A stretch of DNA of 64,000 nucleotides from Candidatus Methylacidiphilales bacterium (GCA_030054035.1 JASGCS010000001.1:342280-406279); one strand, 5' to 3'. Shown: positions 1 through 10,640, counted from the first letter of the stretch. Program-made: numbers and translations. Notes: generated by a model not told the origin, from the letters alone.

Positions 1-655
1 GCTGACTTGATTGTATGCATACTTTAATTTCATGAGTTAAATAACTTTCTCTATCAATAAAACGCACATTATTGACTGCTACTAATGGCAGTGAATTAAT
101 TTTAGCTAGACTTGCTAATTGAGAATGTATATAGGTTGAGCAAGAAGCGTTAAGTGGCGGAAATCCAATAGACATATTATCGCCAACAATACTAGTTATT
201 CTTGAAATATCATCAGAGTCAATATCTAAATAAATAGCTTGTGGTGAAATATTTATTGAAAATGGATCTGCTAATGGATTATAAATTAAAAATAACCCGG
301 AATGATTGTCAAGTAAGTCTTCAATTGGTATTTGTTTGTATAAATTATCAGATCGAGTATAAGCATTTGTTAGTAGCGAGCAAAGATTTTGATAGCCGTC
401 ACGATTCATAACTAGGGCAGTAATACAAAAAGTTTTTTCTTTTATACCTTTACATATCAAATCACAACCAATAATTGGATATATGCCTTGTTCTTTAGAA
501 ATTTTACAAAATTGGACCGAACCAAACAGATTCATAGTATCTGTGAGGGCAACCGCGCCTTGATGTAACTCTTTTGCCCGTTTTATTAATGTGCCTATTT
601 TTATAATACCGTCGGATTTAGTGTACTCGCTATGAACATTTAGGTGCGCAAACAT
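1..655 (-). CDS. dnaE: DNA polymerase III alpha subunit, N-terminal PHP domain (partial, runs off window edge)
   Basis: Own translation of minus strand from ATG at 655..653: MFAHLNVHSEYTKSDGIIKIGTLIKRAKELHQGAVALTDTMNLFGSVQFCKISKEQGIYPIIGCD..., the typical DnaE N-terminus; lies just past rnhB as in the lpxB-rnhB-dnaE block. Not in the ORF track because it is truncated by the window edge. Confidence 0.8.
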   Translation of the reverse strand, partial: MFAHLNVHSEYTKSDGIIKIGTLIKRAKELHQGAVALTDTMNLFGSVQFCKISKEQGIYPIIGCDLICKGIKEKTFCITALVMNRDGYQNLCSLLTNAYTRSDNLYKQIPIEDLLDNHSGLFLIYNPLADPFSINISPQAIYLDIDSDDISRITSIVGDNMSIGFPPLNASCSTYIHSQLASLAKINSLPLVAVNNVRFIDRESYLTHEIKVCIQSSQ

Positions 656-658
656 TAT

Positions 659-1213
659 TTAACGTTCGCTTCTAAATGTCACTCTATGATATTTAGATAT
701 TCCATATTTAGATATCATTTCTTTATGTTTTTTAGTTGGATAACCTTTGTGAAGATGGAAGTGATATCTTGGTTCAAAGTAGCTAAGCTTTGACATCACT
801 CTATCTCTGTATACTTTTGCGACAATAGAAGCTGCAGATACAGCAGGTTCTAGCATATCCCCTCGAATCAGTGGAATAATATTTCTATTTTCAGGAAGCG
901 GGGAAAAAATCCCATCAACATAAACTTTAATTCCGGATTGATAAACAAGTTGGATAGATTTTCTCATTGCCAGTAAACTAGCTTGCAAAATATTTATTTT
1001 ATCGATTATCTTGGGTGAGATTTCAATAACTGACCAGGAAATTGCGTTTTCTAATATTTGATTAAAGTAATAAATTCTTTTCGTTGGGCTAAGCGCTTTA
1101 GAGTCTTTAATCTTTTCAAAAATTTTTGGATATGGAAAAGGCAACACAACTGATGATGCTACCACTGGTCCCGCTAGACACCCTCTACCCACTTCATCGC
1201 ACCCACAAATCAT
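659..1213 (-). CDS. rnhB: Ribonuclease HII
   Basis: 184 aa; GCDEVGRGCLAGPVV active-site region, DSK, YPT motifs; sits between lpxA and dnaE. Confidence 0.9.
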   Translation of the reverse strand: MICGCDEVGRGCLAGPVVASSVVLPFPYPKIFEKIKDSKALSPTKRIYYFNQILENAISWSVIEISPKIIDKINILQASLLAMRKSIQLVYQSGIKVYVDGIFSPLPENRNIIPLIRGDMLEPAVSAASIVAKVYRDRVMSKLSYFEPRYHFHLHKGYPTKKHKEMISKYGISKYHRVTFRSER

Positions 1214-1229
1214 ACAATATTAGATTGCT

Positions 1230-2039
1230 TTAAACAATATCTTCAGTTCTTCTTGTCTGAAAAGTAACTACACCTTGTTTCGATGCCACAACAAAATCAA
1301 CTAACTGCTTAACTTGATCGTAAGAATTATATAAATCTACCAAGTCACTATGCGCGACTCTAACCGCCAGCGGTTGATTGGAGAGTATAATTCTCGAAGC
1401 TTTTTTTATTGCTTGAATCAATTCTGGTTGAAAATTTTTTCTCATCATTCCAACTTTATTGATACCGATTGCTTTAGCTGGCATCCCAGCAATTTTAGAG
1501 TACGGAGCAATATTTTTTCTAATTATAGATCCAAAACCAACAAAACAGTAAGATCCAATTGTTATAAATTGATGAAAAATGCTAAAAGCACCTATGACGG
1601 CAAAATTACAAATAGTGCAGTGTCCAGCAAAACCGACATTATTGGCAAATATATTTCCATTTCCAACTACACAATCATGGGCAATATGGACGCCAGCCAT
1701 TAATAAGTTATTATCGCCAATAATTGTTCTATCTGACGTTATTCCAGTCGCTCTATGAATAGTTACATTCTCACGAATAACATTGCCAGAACCAATAATC
1801 AGGTATGTGTTTTGATTTTTATATTTAAGATCTTGAGGATCGCCACCTATTGTTGAAAAAGGATGAAAACAATTGTTCTCTCTAATAATAGTACCTGGAT
1901 TAATCACCACATGAGAAAGCAGTTTTGTGTTGTTACCAATTTGAACATTCCTACCCACATAACAATGCGGACCAATAAAAACCTTCTCGCCTAATTCGGC
2001 TTTTGGGTGTATTTCAGCAGTTGGATGAATAAATCCCAT
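1230..2039 (-). CDS. lpxA: Acyl-ACP--UDP-N-acetylglucosamine O-acyltransferase
   Basis: 269 aa; left-handed beta-helix hexapeptide repeats, IHPTA start; position after fabZ. Confidence 0.9.
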   Translation of the reverse strand: MGFIHPTAEIHPKAELGEKVFIGPHCYVGRNVQIGNNTKLLSHVVINPGTIIRENNCFHPFSTIGGDPQDLKYKNQNTYLIIGSGNVIRENVTIHRATGITSDRTIIGDNNLLMAGVHIAHDCVVGNGNIFANNVGFAGHCTICNFAVIGAFSIFHQFITIGSYCFVGFGSIIRKNIAPYSKIAGMPAKAIGINKVGMMRKNFQPELIQAIKKASRIILSNQPLAVRVAHSDLVDLYNSYDQVKQLVDFVVASKQGVVTFQTRRTEDIV

Positions 2040-2040
2040 T

Positions 2041-2499
2041 TTATCTAACCGTACATAATAAATTACCTTCTGCAGTTAGTAAGTCATTTACATAGACTTT
2101 TGCAAAAAATAAAAATGGAGGCTTATGTCGCTTACCTTGTAACGTGACCTCAAAAAACATTACATCACCAGGCCTAACTAATCTTCTATACTTTAAATCA
2201 TCGACCTTTAAGAGTAAAAATTCATTGCTTGAAATTGTGTCCCATGACATAGCTGCTAACAAGGCAGAAGATTGCGCCATGGCCTCCATAATATAAGCGC
2301 CAGGATAAATTGGAAAACCTGGATAATGCCCTTGAAGTACCGGATCACTAAAACTAATATTTTTTTGAGTTACAATTTTTTCACTAGCTATAAACTCAAC
2401 TACCCTATCAATTAACAAAAAAGGATAACGATGTGGTAGGTATTTCACTATTTTTTCAATGCCAAGTATTTCATTGGTTGTATCAAATCTAGAGCTCAT
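2041..2499 (-). CDS. fabZ: 3-hydroxyacyl-ACP dehydratase
   Basis: 152 aa hot-dog fold protein (LPHRYPFLLIDRV, GHYPGFPIYPG); between lpxD and lpxA. Confidence 0.9.
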   Translation of the reverse strand: MSSRFDTTNEILGIEKIVKYLPHRYPFLLIDRVVEFIASEKIVTQKNISFSDPVLQGHYPGFPIYPGAYIMEAMAQSSALLAAMSWDTISSNEFLLLKVDDLKYRRLVRPGDVMFFEVTLQGKRHKPPFLFFAKVYVNDLLTAEGNLLCTVR

Positions 2500-2509
2500 A
2501 GTAGTTACA

Positions 2510-3508
2510 TTATAATTCTTTTACATCTTTAGAAAAAGCTTTAATAATTGAAATAAAAACTCTCTGCCATTGTCGATAGGGTAAAGCAGGGATATGAGCA
2601 CCGTACACTCCTGGCACACGGATACTTCTCGACACAACACTACCGAATAAAACAGTGACATGGGAACAAATTTGTAAATGGTCAGCAACAATCACTCTCC
2701 CCCCCAAAGTACAGTAATCACCAAGTTTTGAACTTCCTGCAACTGCTGAATAAGCGGCTAAAATTGTGTGCTCACCTACTTCGACATTATGCGCAATATG
2801 CACATGTGCATCAAATTTAACACCTTTTTTAATTACAGTGTTTTCATAAGTGCCACGATTAATAGACGAATAACTTCCTATACTACATCCAGAATCAATT
2901 TTCACAGATCCAAAGTGGGGAACTTTTAGCCACTTAGACCCATCAAACTTAAAGCCAAACCCATCAAGTCCAATAGCAGCATGAGAAAATATTTCAATAT
3001 CATCTTCAAGTATTGAGTTAGCAATCACTACAAATGGATGTATTAAACAATTTTTTCCTATACATACATTATCACCAATCCAAGATGAAGCGTAGATTAA
3101 AGTAGAATCACCGATAACAACGTTATTACCTATAAAAACACCTTGGTCTATAAAAACATTGTTTCCGATTATTGCACTTGGAGAAATGATGGCTGAAGGA
3201 TGGATACCAGACTTTGTTAATTTTGGTAGAAACAGGTTTGATATTTTGATAAAATCAATTACAGGATTTTCACTTATCAAGACCGGTTTTATAAAGCTAT
3301 AGTATTTTAATTCCTTAGGAATAAGGATTGCGGCAACTTTTGAATTTTGGGCTAGTGAATAAAATTTCTCATGCTCAATATATCCAAGTGCGTTCTTTTT
3401 TTCACTGGTTAAACTTGTCACTGATTCAATAATTACTGAATCTGTATTATTACCTTTTAGCTCTAGGTTGCATATTCGAGCTAATTCATTCAAAGTATAG
3501 CTTTGCAT
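2510..3508 (-). CDS. lpxD: UDP-3-O-acylglucosamine N-acyltransferase
   Basis: 332 aa hexapeptide-repeat protein; position immediately downstream of bamA. Confidence 0.85.
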   Translation of the reverse strand: MQSYTLNELARICNLELKGNNTDSVIIESVTSLTSEKKNALGYIEHEKFYSLAQNSKVAAILIPKELKYYSFIKPVLISENPVIDFIKISNLFLPKLTKSGIHPSAIISPSAIIGNNVFIDQGVFIGNNVVIGDSTLIYASSWIGDNVCIGKNCLIHPFVVIANSILEDDIEIFSHAAIGLDGFGFKFDGSKWLKVPHFGSVKIDSGCSIGSYSSINRGTYENTVIKKGVKFDAHVHIAHNVEVGEHTILAAYSAVAGSSKLGDYCTLGGRVIVADHLQICSHVTVLFGSVVSRSIRVPGVYGAHIPALPYRQWQRVFISIIKAFSKDVKEL

Positions 3509-3541
3509 TGATTTTAGTATACAATAGAAAAATAATACTGA

Positions 3542-5899
3542 TTAAAATCCTGACCCAATGGAAAATTGAAATTCTTGGATATTTGCTTTATCTTCTGGGT
3601 AATTTTTTAACGGTTTAGCGTAACTAAATAACAGAGGTCCGATTGGCGTTACCCATACCATTCCAATACCAATATCGTATCTTAAAGTGGCAAAATTAAA
3701 TGTAGAGTATTTTGAAGATAAATTTCCAGCATCGATAAACGCAACAATTCGTAAAGGGTTTTCACTTGGGGGAGCGTTACCAATCGCAGGTTTTTTAGGA
3801 TCAAAGTAAATTTCTAATGAGCTATATAGTGAAAAATCACCTCCAATTGAGTTACCAAAAACATCTTTTGGACCTAATCCATATGGTTCATAGGCTCTTA
3901 GATTTGAAATACCACCCAAATATTCCTTATCAAAAATTGGAAGTTCATCTAATTTTTCACCGTACTGATTTCTTTTAATATTTGAGTAAAGCAATCCTTG
4001 AGTAACAGAATGTTTTGTTAACAAAACAATTCTTTCACCTAACGGCTGGTAATACTTAAAATCTAAAGAATGTTTCAAGTACGAAGGATTGGTGTTTGAA
4101 TGATAAAGCGAAAAATTATAACTGAATTGAGAACCAATGTCTGGAAATAAAGTCCTGTTTCTAGTATCATGTGAATACGATAACCCTAGCGTTAAATATT
4201 TATACGTATTGCCATACGTGAGTACATAATTACTAAATTGGTCTGAAGTTGATCCAGCCGCTGATAACTTTTGATCTTTATAGCCAGGCAGCACGGTAAA
4301 ACTTGAATATTCAGTTATTGGGATGCTCCATCCAAAATTGAAAACCGAACTTCCTAAAAGGTATGGGACGATTGTAGAAACTGTGCTTGAGTATTTTGCC
4401 ACATTAATTTTAGATGTTGAGATTGAAGTAATAAAATCAATTCCGTCTTCAGTGAAATATGAAATTCTATAAGATGCGCTAGCTTGCTGCTGGACTTGGC
4501 TAAACCCCAATGATAATGAAATCGAGTCACCTGTATTAACAAAATTATCCCGCGATAAAGAAAAATTTAAATTTAATCTATTTGCCTGTGAGTATCCAAC
4601 CTGAAAAGAGAAATTTCCAGACTGTCTCTCTTGAACAGTAAATGTAACATCCACGAGATGAGAAATACCTGGTACTTTATCTAGAGTATATGAAACCTCA
4701 GAGAGATAGGTTAACCGTTGTAATCGTTCTTTTGATCTTTCAAGCAAGCTTTTGGAATAAGGCGCACCTTCAAACTGTCTCATTTCCCTACGCAATACAG
4801 AATCAATAACAGAATTATTATTAGCAAAAGTAATTCTTCTAACAATTATTTTACTTCCAGGATTTACTATAATTTTTAACCGGACAGATTTACTACTCTC
4901 ATCTAAAATGCTTGTGTATTTTGTTTCTGAGTAAGCGAATCCCATATCAGAAAGTAAAGAATTTATTGCATTAGTGCTTAATGTTAGTAGTCGTTGTGAA
5001 AAATATGTTTTATTTTTAATATATATAAACCTATGCAAATCATTTATTGAAAACTCAGACGATTCATAGTTAATTAAAATAGCATCAACTGATTCCACCG
5101 TATATCGATCACCCTCAAAGAGAGTAATAGAAATTTCAAGCCCGTCCCGCTCCGGAGTAAGAGTTACAATGGTTGATTTTATTTTAAAACGCAGGAAACC
5201 ATTATCAAGATACCATGATTTTAGAGCTTCAATATCACCTTCAAGCTTTCTCTTTGAGTATCGATTATTTTTATTTGCAGGATCAAGAATATCAGCAACT
5301 TGTAAAGAGAATAACTCGAGTAAATTAGATTTTGTATAATTTTTATTCCCGATTATGTTAATCCTCTTAATGATGGCAGGATCCCCTTCTGTTATTTGTA
5401 TAATAATTTTTTTACCACCTTGGCCAATATCTGTTATCTCTAAGTCAACTTTTGCATTGTATCTTCCTTCGTTGTAGTAAGCTTTTTTGATTTCTTTACC
5501 AATTACTTCAAGAATACTTTTATTGAATATTTCACCCTTAGCAATTTGGGCATTTTTTAGATTTTCTTCTAGAATTTTAGTCTCTATGAGACTATTGCCC
5601 TTTATTTCAACACCAACTATTGTAGGTCTTTCTTGAAGTTCAATATAAAGAATGGAGTTTTCATGTTTAATAATAATATCTTCAAAATACTTAAGCGAAT
5701 ATAGTTTTTGAATTAAAGAACCTAAAGATTGCTTATTAATAACACCTCTTTTTGGTAAACCAACCAAAGTCTCTAAATAAGAGGTCGGAATTCTAACGTT
5801 CCCTCTATAAACAATTGAGTTATATTCAAAACTCTCAGCATTTGAAAATGCTGGATTTAGCACACATATTAGGGAAATAGTTAAAAAAATTAAACGCAT
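3542..5899 (-). CDS. bamA: Outer membrane protein assembly factor BamA
   Basis: 785 aa, signal peptide, POTRA-like N-terminal region, C-terminal beta-barrel ending in aromatic residue (…IGSGF); synteny dxr-cdsA-uppS upstream. Confidence 0.9.
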   Translation of the reverse strand: MRLIFLTISLICVLNPAFSNAESFEYNSIVYRGNVRIPTSYLETLVGLPKRGVINKQSLGSLIQKLYSLKYFEDIIIKHENSILYIELQERPTIVGVEIKGNSLIETKILEENLKNAQIAKGEIFNKSILEVIGKEIKKAYYNEGRYNAKVDLEITDIGQGGKKIIIQITEGDPAIIKRINIIGNKNYTKSNLLELFSLQVADILDPANKNNRYSKRKLEGDIEALKSWYLDNGFLRFKIKSTIVTLTPERDGLEISITLFEGDRYTVESVDAILINYESSEFSINDLHRFIYIKNKTYFSQRLLTLSTNAINSLLSDMGFAYSETKYTSILDESSKSVRLKIIVNPGSKIIVRRITFANNNSVIDSVLRREMRQFEGAPYSKSLLERSKERLQRLTYLSEVSYTLDKVPGISHLVDVTFTVQERQSGNFSFQVGYSQANRLNLNFSLSRDNFVNTGDSISLSLGFSQVQQQASASYRISYFTEDGIDFITSISTSKINVAKYSSTVSTIVPYLLGSSVFNFGWSIPITEYSSFTVLPGYKDQKLSAAGSTSDQFSNYVLTYGNTYKYLTLGLSYSHDTRNRTLFPDIGSQFSYNFSLYHSNTNPSYLKHSLDFKYYQPLGERIVLLTKHSVTQGLLYSNIKRNQYGEKLDELPIFDKEYLGGISNLRAYEPYGLGPKDVFGNSIGGDFSLYSSLEIYFDPKKPAIGNAPPSENPLRIVAFIDAGNLSSKYSTFNFATLRYDIGIGMVWVTPIGPLLFSYAKPLKNYPEDKANIQEFQFSIGSGF

Positions 5900-5902
5900 A
5901 TT

Positions 5903-7099
5903 TTATCTTACTTTTTTTACAACTTCTTCGGTTTTAGCAAGGGTTTCTTTATAAAGTTCGATCAAATCTATAAAACTTGTTACTGATTTATTGGTATCAG
6001 TTACTACCCTTTCGATGATTGGAATGATTGCATTGAATGGTATTTTACCACTTAAAAATGAATCAACAGCAATCTCATTGGCTGCAGTTAACGCGACAGT
6101 TGAACAATCACCATTTGCAAGAGCCAGATAGCAAAGTGTGATAGATGGAAATCTAATTTGATCCACTTCTTCAAAACACATAGAGTTTAACACTTCAACG
6201 GTGATGCTTTTTTTATCTGAATTATTTAATCGTGTTTCAAATATTCCATAGGCTATAGGTATTTTCATGGTTGGATAATACATGTTAATCAATACACTTC
6301 CATCAACAAAAGATACAAATCCATGCACCAGACTTTGCCTGTGGATTAAAGTCTTTATTTGATTTGGTTTCAAAGTAAATAAACGGCAACACTCAATTAT
6401 TTCAAGGCCTTTATTTATTAAGGTGGCTGAATCGATAGATATTTTTTTACCCATTTTCCATGTAGGATGATTTAAAGCATCTGCTATTTTTACATGCTCA
6501 AGTTCTGATTTTGATAACGAAACAAAAGGGCCACCACTTGCTGTAATGGTAACTGTCTCAATTTCAGGGGAGCTCTTTAAACAGCTTCTCCATAGAGCAT
6601 TGTTAATACATTGATAAATAGCATGTGGTTCACTGTCAAGTGGTGTTATTCTTGCTTTTCCAAGTCTAACTGCATCAATAAAATAACTCCCACCAACAAC
6701 TAATGACTCTTTATTTGCAATCAATAGATGTTTGCCTCTAAGCGCTAACTGGTAATATAATTGAAGAAAATCAATCCCACTGGTAGCGCAAATAATATGA
6801 GTTACATGACTAGCGGAACATATATCTAGTATTTCAGATTGTTGGGTAACTATCTGACAAGTTAAATTTAGTTGTTTAATCAATTGCTTGCAAGGCTCTA
6901 CTGAATTTTGATGTGTGACAGCTAAATATTTTGGAGCTACCTTGGTTAACAAATGGCTTAAAGCATTCCAATTTTTATGTACTGACAAAAGTTCAATTGA
7001 ACATTTTCTTGTTTGATTGGCTAGAACTACTTCAATTGTTTGCACGCCAATAGATCCGCTTGCGCCTAAAATGGAAATACATAACTCAGTTTGTGTCAT
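5903..7099 (-). CDS. dxr: 1-deoxy-D-xylulose 5-phosphate reductoisomerase
   Basis: 398 aa; ILGASGSIG NADPH-binding N-terminus; synteny. Confidence 0.9.
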   Translation of the reverse strand: MTQTELCISILGASGSIGVQTIEVVLANQTRKCSIELLSVHKNWNALSHLLTKVAPKYLAVTHQNSVEPCKQLIKQLNLTCQIVTQQSEILDICSASHVTHIICATSGIDFLQLYYQLALRGKHLLIANKESLVVGGSYFIDAVRLGKARITPLDSEPHAIYQCINNALWRSCLKSSPEIETVTITASGGPFVSLSKSELEHVKIADALNHPTWKMGKKISIDSATLINKGLEIIECCRLFTLKPNQIKTLIHRQSLVHGFVSFVDGSVLINMYYPTMKIPIAYGIFETRLNNSDKKSITVEVLNSMCFEEVDQIRFPSITLCYLALANGDCSTVALTAANEIAVDSFLSGKIPFNAIIPIIERVVTDTNKSVTSFIDLIELYKETLAKTEEVVKKVR

Positions 7100-7111
7100 A
7101 TTGTAATTGGG

Positions 7112-7753
7112 TCAGATAAAAAAATAGAAGTAAAGTGGAGCAACAATAATTAGACTATCAAATCTATCTAAAAAACCTCCATGACCATAAAATAATTTTC
7201 CGCTATCTTTTACATTTGCCATCCTTTTTAATAAACTTTCTAATAAATCTGCTACAACAGCAATAATTGCCAAAAATAAAACTTTAAACATAACAACATA
7301 AGAAAAAGCAACATTATTTAGAGACATTAAAATTATAGTAACTAACACAACTGTACTTACGATACCAATTATTGCTCCTTCGACTGTTTTACCAGGACTA
7401 ATAAACGGTGCCAACTTTCGACGACCAAGGCTTTTTCCTCCTAGGTAACTCATCACATCACAACAAATTGTTAAGGCAAAAAGACCAAGTGCTTGTTTTA
7501 TATTACCAAGTAATAATATTCCGATACAGAATACCGACAAGGTGATCCATGAATATATAAAAAATAATAAAAATAATTTACTTTGTATCTGCATATTATT
7601 TTTTATTACAAGTGCGCTTACCTCAAATAAAAGTATAAAGAGTACGGTTAATAAAAATAATCCAGTTAATAACGTAGATTTAAAGTAGATAATTAAAAGA
7701 AAAATAAAAGTGAAGACTGCTGCACCTATGATTCGCTTTGCTAACTCGCTCAT
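7112..7753 (-). CDS. cdsA: Phosphatidate cytidylyltransferase
   Basis: Multi-pass membrane protein with C-terminal CdsA signature (GKSLGRRKLAP…SPGKTVEG…DSGKLFYGHGGFLDRFDS). The track ORF runs to 7870; I place the start at the internal Met at 7753, just past the uppS stop. Confidence 0.8.
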   Translation of the reverse strand: MSELAKRIIGAAVFTFIFLLIIYFKSTLLTGLFLLTVLFILLFEVSALVIKNNMQIQSKLFLLFFIYSWITLSVFCIGILLLGNIKQALGLFALTICCDVMSYLGGKSLGRRKLAPFISPGKTVEGAIIGIVSTVVLVTIILMSLNNVAFSYVVMFKVLFLAIIAVVADLLESLLKRMANVKDSGKLFYGHGGFLDRFDSLIIVAPLYFYFFI

Positions 7754-7760
7754 AATTGAA

Positions 7761-8432
7761 TTATAATATTTTGCCAAAAGTTCTTGTTTGCTTGCTATAC
7801 CATTGAATTGCTTTAGTAAATTCAATTTCATTAAATTCAGGCCACAATATATCTGTGAAATATAACTCACTATAGGCTAACTGCCATAATAAAAAATTAC
7901 TAACTCGTTTTGAACCTCCTGTTCTAATTAATAAATCTATATCTGGAATAGCGGAAGAAGGTAATAATTTTCTTATTTCTAACTCTGAGGGATTTATAAA
8001 TTTTTCATTTGTCGCACGCAAGATAGCTTGAGAGATATCCCAACGGCCACTATAATTAAATGCAATGGTTAAATCTAAATTGGTACCATTGCTGGTAATT
8101 TGGACAACCTTACTTAGTTCAGATTGATCTAGGTCGCTTAGTATTGATAGGTCACCTATAAACTTAATTTTAATACCTTGAGCTACTAATTGAGGTATTT
8201 CTTGAGCTATAGTATCAACAAGTAATTTACAAATTGCCAATACTTCGGGATGTGGACGTTGGTTATTTTCTATACTAAATGCAAATAACGTTAGATGTTT
8301 AATTTTTACACTAATTGCAGTAGAAATTACAGAGCGAACAACTAAAACTCCTTGGACATGTCCTTCACTTCTAAGTAACGAATTATGTTGTGCCCATCTT
8401 CCGTTACCATCCATTATAATCGCTACATGCAA
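7761..8432 (-). CDS. uppS: Undecaprenyl diphosphate synthase
   Basis: 223 aa; HVAIIMDGNGRWA cis-prenyltransferase motif; synteny. Confidence 0.9.
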   Translation of the reverse strand: MHVAIIMDGNGRWAQHNSLLRSEGHVQGVLVVRSVISTAISVKIKHLTLFAFSIENNQRPHPEVLAICKLLVDTIAQEIPQLVAQGIKIKFIGDLSILSDLDQSELSKVVQITSNGTNLDLTIAFNYSGRWDISQAILRATNEKFINPSELEIRKLLPSSAIPDIDLLIRTGGSKRVSNFLLWQLAYSELYFTDILWPEFNEIEFTKAIQWYSKQTRTFGKIL

Positions 8433-8454
8433 AATATTGCTCGCAGATTGAAAG

Positions 8455-9012
8455 CTAAAAAGTAGTTAGTTCTTTAACTTTATGCTGAAGTTTGGAATCA
8501 ATTTCAGCTATTTGTTGATCTAGGATTTTTTGTATTTTATTTTCGATATTTCTTACATCGTCCTGACTTAGAACCTTCTCTTTCTCAGATTGTTTTACAA
8601 TCTCCAAGACGTCTCTTCTAACTGTTCGGAGTTGCACTTTAAATTGTTCAGCAATAGATTTTGCAGATTTCACGAATTCTTTTCTCCTCTCTTCAGTCAA
8701 AGGAGGGTTTGTCATTCTAATTTGATCTCCTATAACTGCAGGAGTAATTCCAATTTTTTGATCAACTATACTTCGTTCTATTGCTGATAAATTTTGTCGA
8801 TCAAATGGAACAATCACAACAGTTTTTCCCTCTTCAACATGCATCTTGCAAATTGACTTTAGTGGAACCTTGGTGCCATAGATTAAAACCATAATCCCAT
8901 CATATAACGATGCGCTAGCTCTACCCGTTCTTATTTTAAGTAATTCTTGCTCATATTGTGTTAGAACCTTTTTCATTGATTGCAACGCATTTGTTTCAAA
9001 TTGCTGGCTCAT
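8455..9012 (-). CDS. frr: Ribosome recycling factor
   Basis: 185 aa; LLKIRTGRASASL motif region; the true start may be the internal Met at 8976 because the track start overlaps pyrH. Confidence 0.85.
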   Translation of the reverse strand: MSQQFETNALQSMKKVLTQYEQELLKIRTGRASASLYDGIMVLIYGTKVPLKSICKMHVEEGKTVVIVPFDRQNLSAIERSIVDQKIGITPAVIGDQIRMTNPPLTEERRKEFVKSAKSIAEQFKVQLRTVRRDVLEIVKQSEKEKVLSQDDVRNIENKIQKILDQQIAEIDSKLQHKVKELTTF

Positions 9013-9742
9013 TAAAATCTCCTATTAGAGTCCCAAAATTTTTGTTGAACACTGCTTGGTAAATATGGTTTGGAAAATGAATATTAAAAACTTTTACAGG
9101 TATTTTATAATCTCTACACATAACAACAGCTGTAGAATCAAGAGCAGAAAGTTTATGCTCTATTACATAGTCGTAACTTACTTTTGAAAATATTTTTGCA
9201 TTTTTATTAATTTTAGGATCTGCAGAGTAAACACCATCAACATTTGTTGCTTTCAGCATGATATCAGCCTGAAGTTCTATTGCTCTCAGACTTGCAGCAG
9301 AATCAGTAGTAAAAAAAGGATTCCCCGTGCCAGCAGCACAAATAACGATCTCGCCATTTGCTAAACATCGTAAAGCGTGACGTTGAGAATAAGTGTCACA
9401 CATTTCATGAATTCCGATGGAAGATAAAACTCGAGAGGGGATTGAAATTTTCTTAAATGACTCATCTAGTGCCAATGCATTTATTACTGTTGCTAACATT
9501 CCCATTTGATCGGCAATAACTCTTGAAATACCAATTGTAGATAACTGTACTCCTCTAAAAATATTTCCACCACCTATCACTACTATTACTTCGATATTGT
9601 TTTCTCGCAAAATCGAAACCTCTTTAGCAATACTAGTTAGTTTGTGCGCATCAATACCAAATGAAAGTCCTCCTAAAAGGGACTCACCACTGATTTTTAA
9701 TACCACCCGCTTATATAAATCGTTGACTTGGGTAGAAGTCAT
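8996..9742 (-). CDS. pyrH: UMP kinase
   Basis: 248 aa; KRVVLKISGE and GGGNIFRG motifs. Confidence 0.9.
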   Translation of the reverse strand: MTSTQVNDLYKRVVLKISGESLLGGLSFGIDAHKLTSIAKEVSILRENNIEVIVVIGGGNIFRGVQLSTIGISRVIADQMGMLATVINALALDESFKKISIPSRVLSSIGIHEMCDTYSQRHALRCLANGEIVICAAGTGNPFFTTDSAASLRAIELQADIMLKATNVDGVYSADPKINKNAKIFSKVSYDYVIEHKLSALDSTAVVMCRDYKIPVKVFNIHFPNHIYQAVFNKNFGTLIGDFNEPAI

Positions 9743-9751
9743 ATTCGCATA

Positions 9752-10639
9752 TTAGTTTGTACTAAATGACTTGACTTGATTAGCTACTTCTGTAGCAAAG
9801 TCCAAAACCTCTTTCTCAATACCTTCACCCACTTGCATTCTGTAAAAAGAATCAAGAGTTGCATTTTGGGCAAGTAAATATTTTTGAACCGAATTTTGGG
9901 GATCCTTAATATAAGGTTGGGAGAGCAAGCTAATTTCAGAAACCCATTTTGAGACTTTTCCTTCAACAATTTTTTCTACAACATGAGGTGGTTTATTGCT
10001 ACCAGCCATCTGCTCAATTGCAATATTTTTTTCATTTTCAATAACTTCTTTTGGCACGTCTGCGCTAGAAACGAATAATGGGTTTGTGGCAACAACTTGT
10101 AGAGCTAATTCGTGCGCAACTGCTTCAGTTCCAGATTTTAAAATCACTATTGATCCAATTTTTGATCCGTGGACGTAGGTATCAACAATTCCTCGTTTAT
10201 CAACTAAAACAAATCTCCTAATAATAATATTCTCACCTATTGTTGCAATTAATGAAGTTCTTTTTTGCTCAATAGTTTCTGGCGAATTTTCAGAATAGGG
10301 TAACGCAAGTAAATCTGAAAGATCGCATGGTTTGTGCTTAAGAATTAACTTAGCGACATGCGAACAAAATAGCAAAAATTCATCAAGTTTTGCAACAGAT
10401 TCTGTTTCACAATTGCAATCCACCATTACAATTTGTGAGTCACTAGAGCTAATTTCAATTCTACCTTCTGAGGCAATTCTGCTAGATTTTTTTTCGGCAC
10501 TTGCTTGCCCTTTTTTTCTAAGGAACTCTATAGCTAGTTCAATATTTCCATCGCACTCAGTGAGTGCTTGCTTACAGTTCATAATCCCAGATCCAGTAAT
10601 CTGTCGTAACTGTTTAACCTGCTCACTTCGTATTTCCAT
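9752..10639 (-). CDS. tsf: Elongation factor Ts
   Basis: 295 aa; N-terminal VKQLRQITGSGIMNCKQAL UBA-like motif; follows rpsB. Confidence 0.9.
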   Translation of the reverse strand: MEIRSEQVKQLRQITGSGIMNCKQALTECDGNIELAIEFLRKKGQASAEKKSSRIASEGRIEISSSDSQIVMVDCNCETESVAKLDEFLLFCSHVAKLILKHKPCDLSDLLALPYSENSPETIEQKRTSLIATIGENIIIRRFVLVDKRGIVDTYVHGSKIGSIVILKSGTEAVAHELALQVVATNPLFVSSADVPKEVIENEKNIAIEQMAGSNKPPHVVEKIVEGKVSKWVSEISLLSQPYIKDPQNSVQKYLLAQNATLDSFYRMQVGEGIEKEVLDFATEVANQVKSFSTN

Positions 10640-10640
10640 T

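Noticed and set aside
1350-1703. 117-aa plus-strand ORF from the six-frame track
   Set aside because: Lies entirely antisense within lpxA, which has clear hexapeptide-repeat homology; composition is low-complexity. Treated as a chance ORF.
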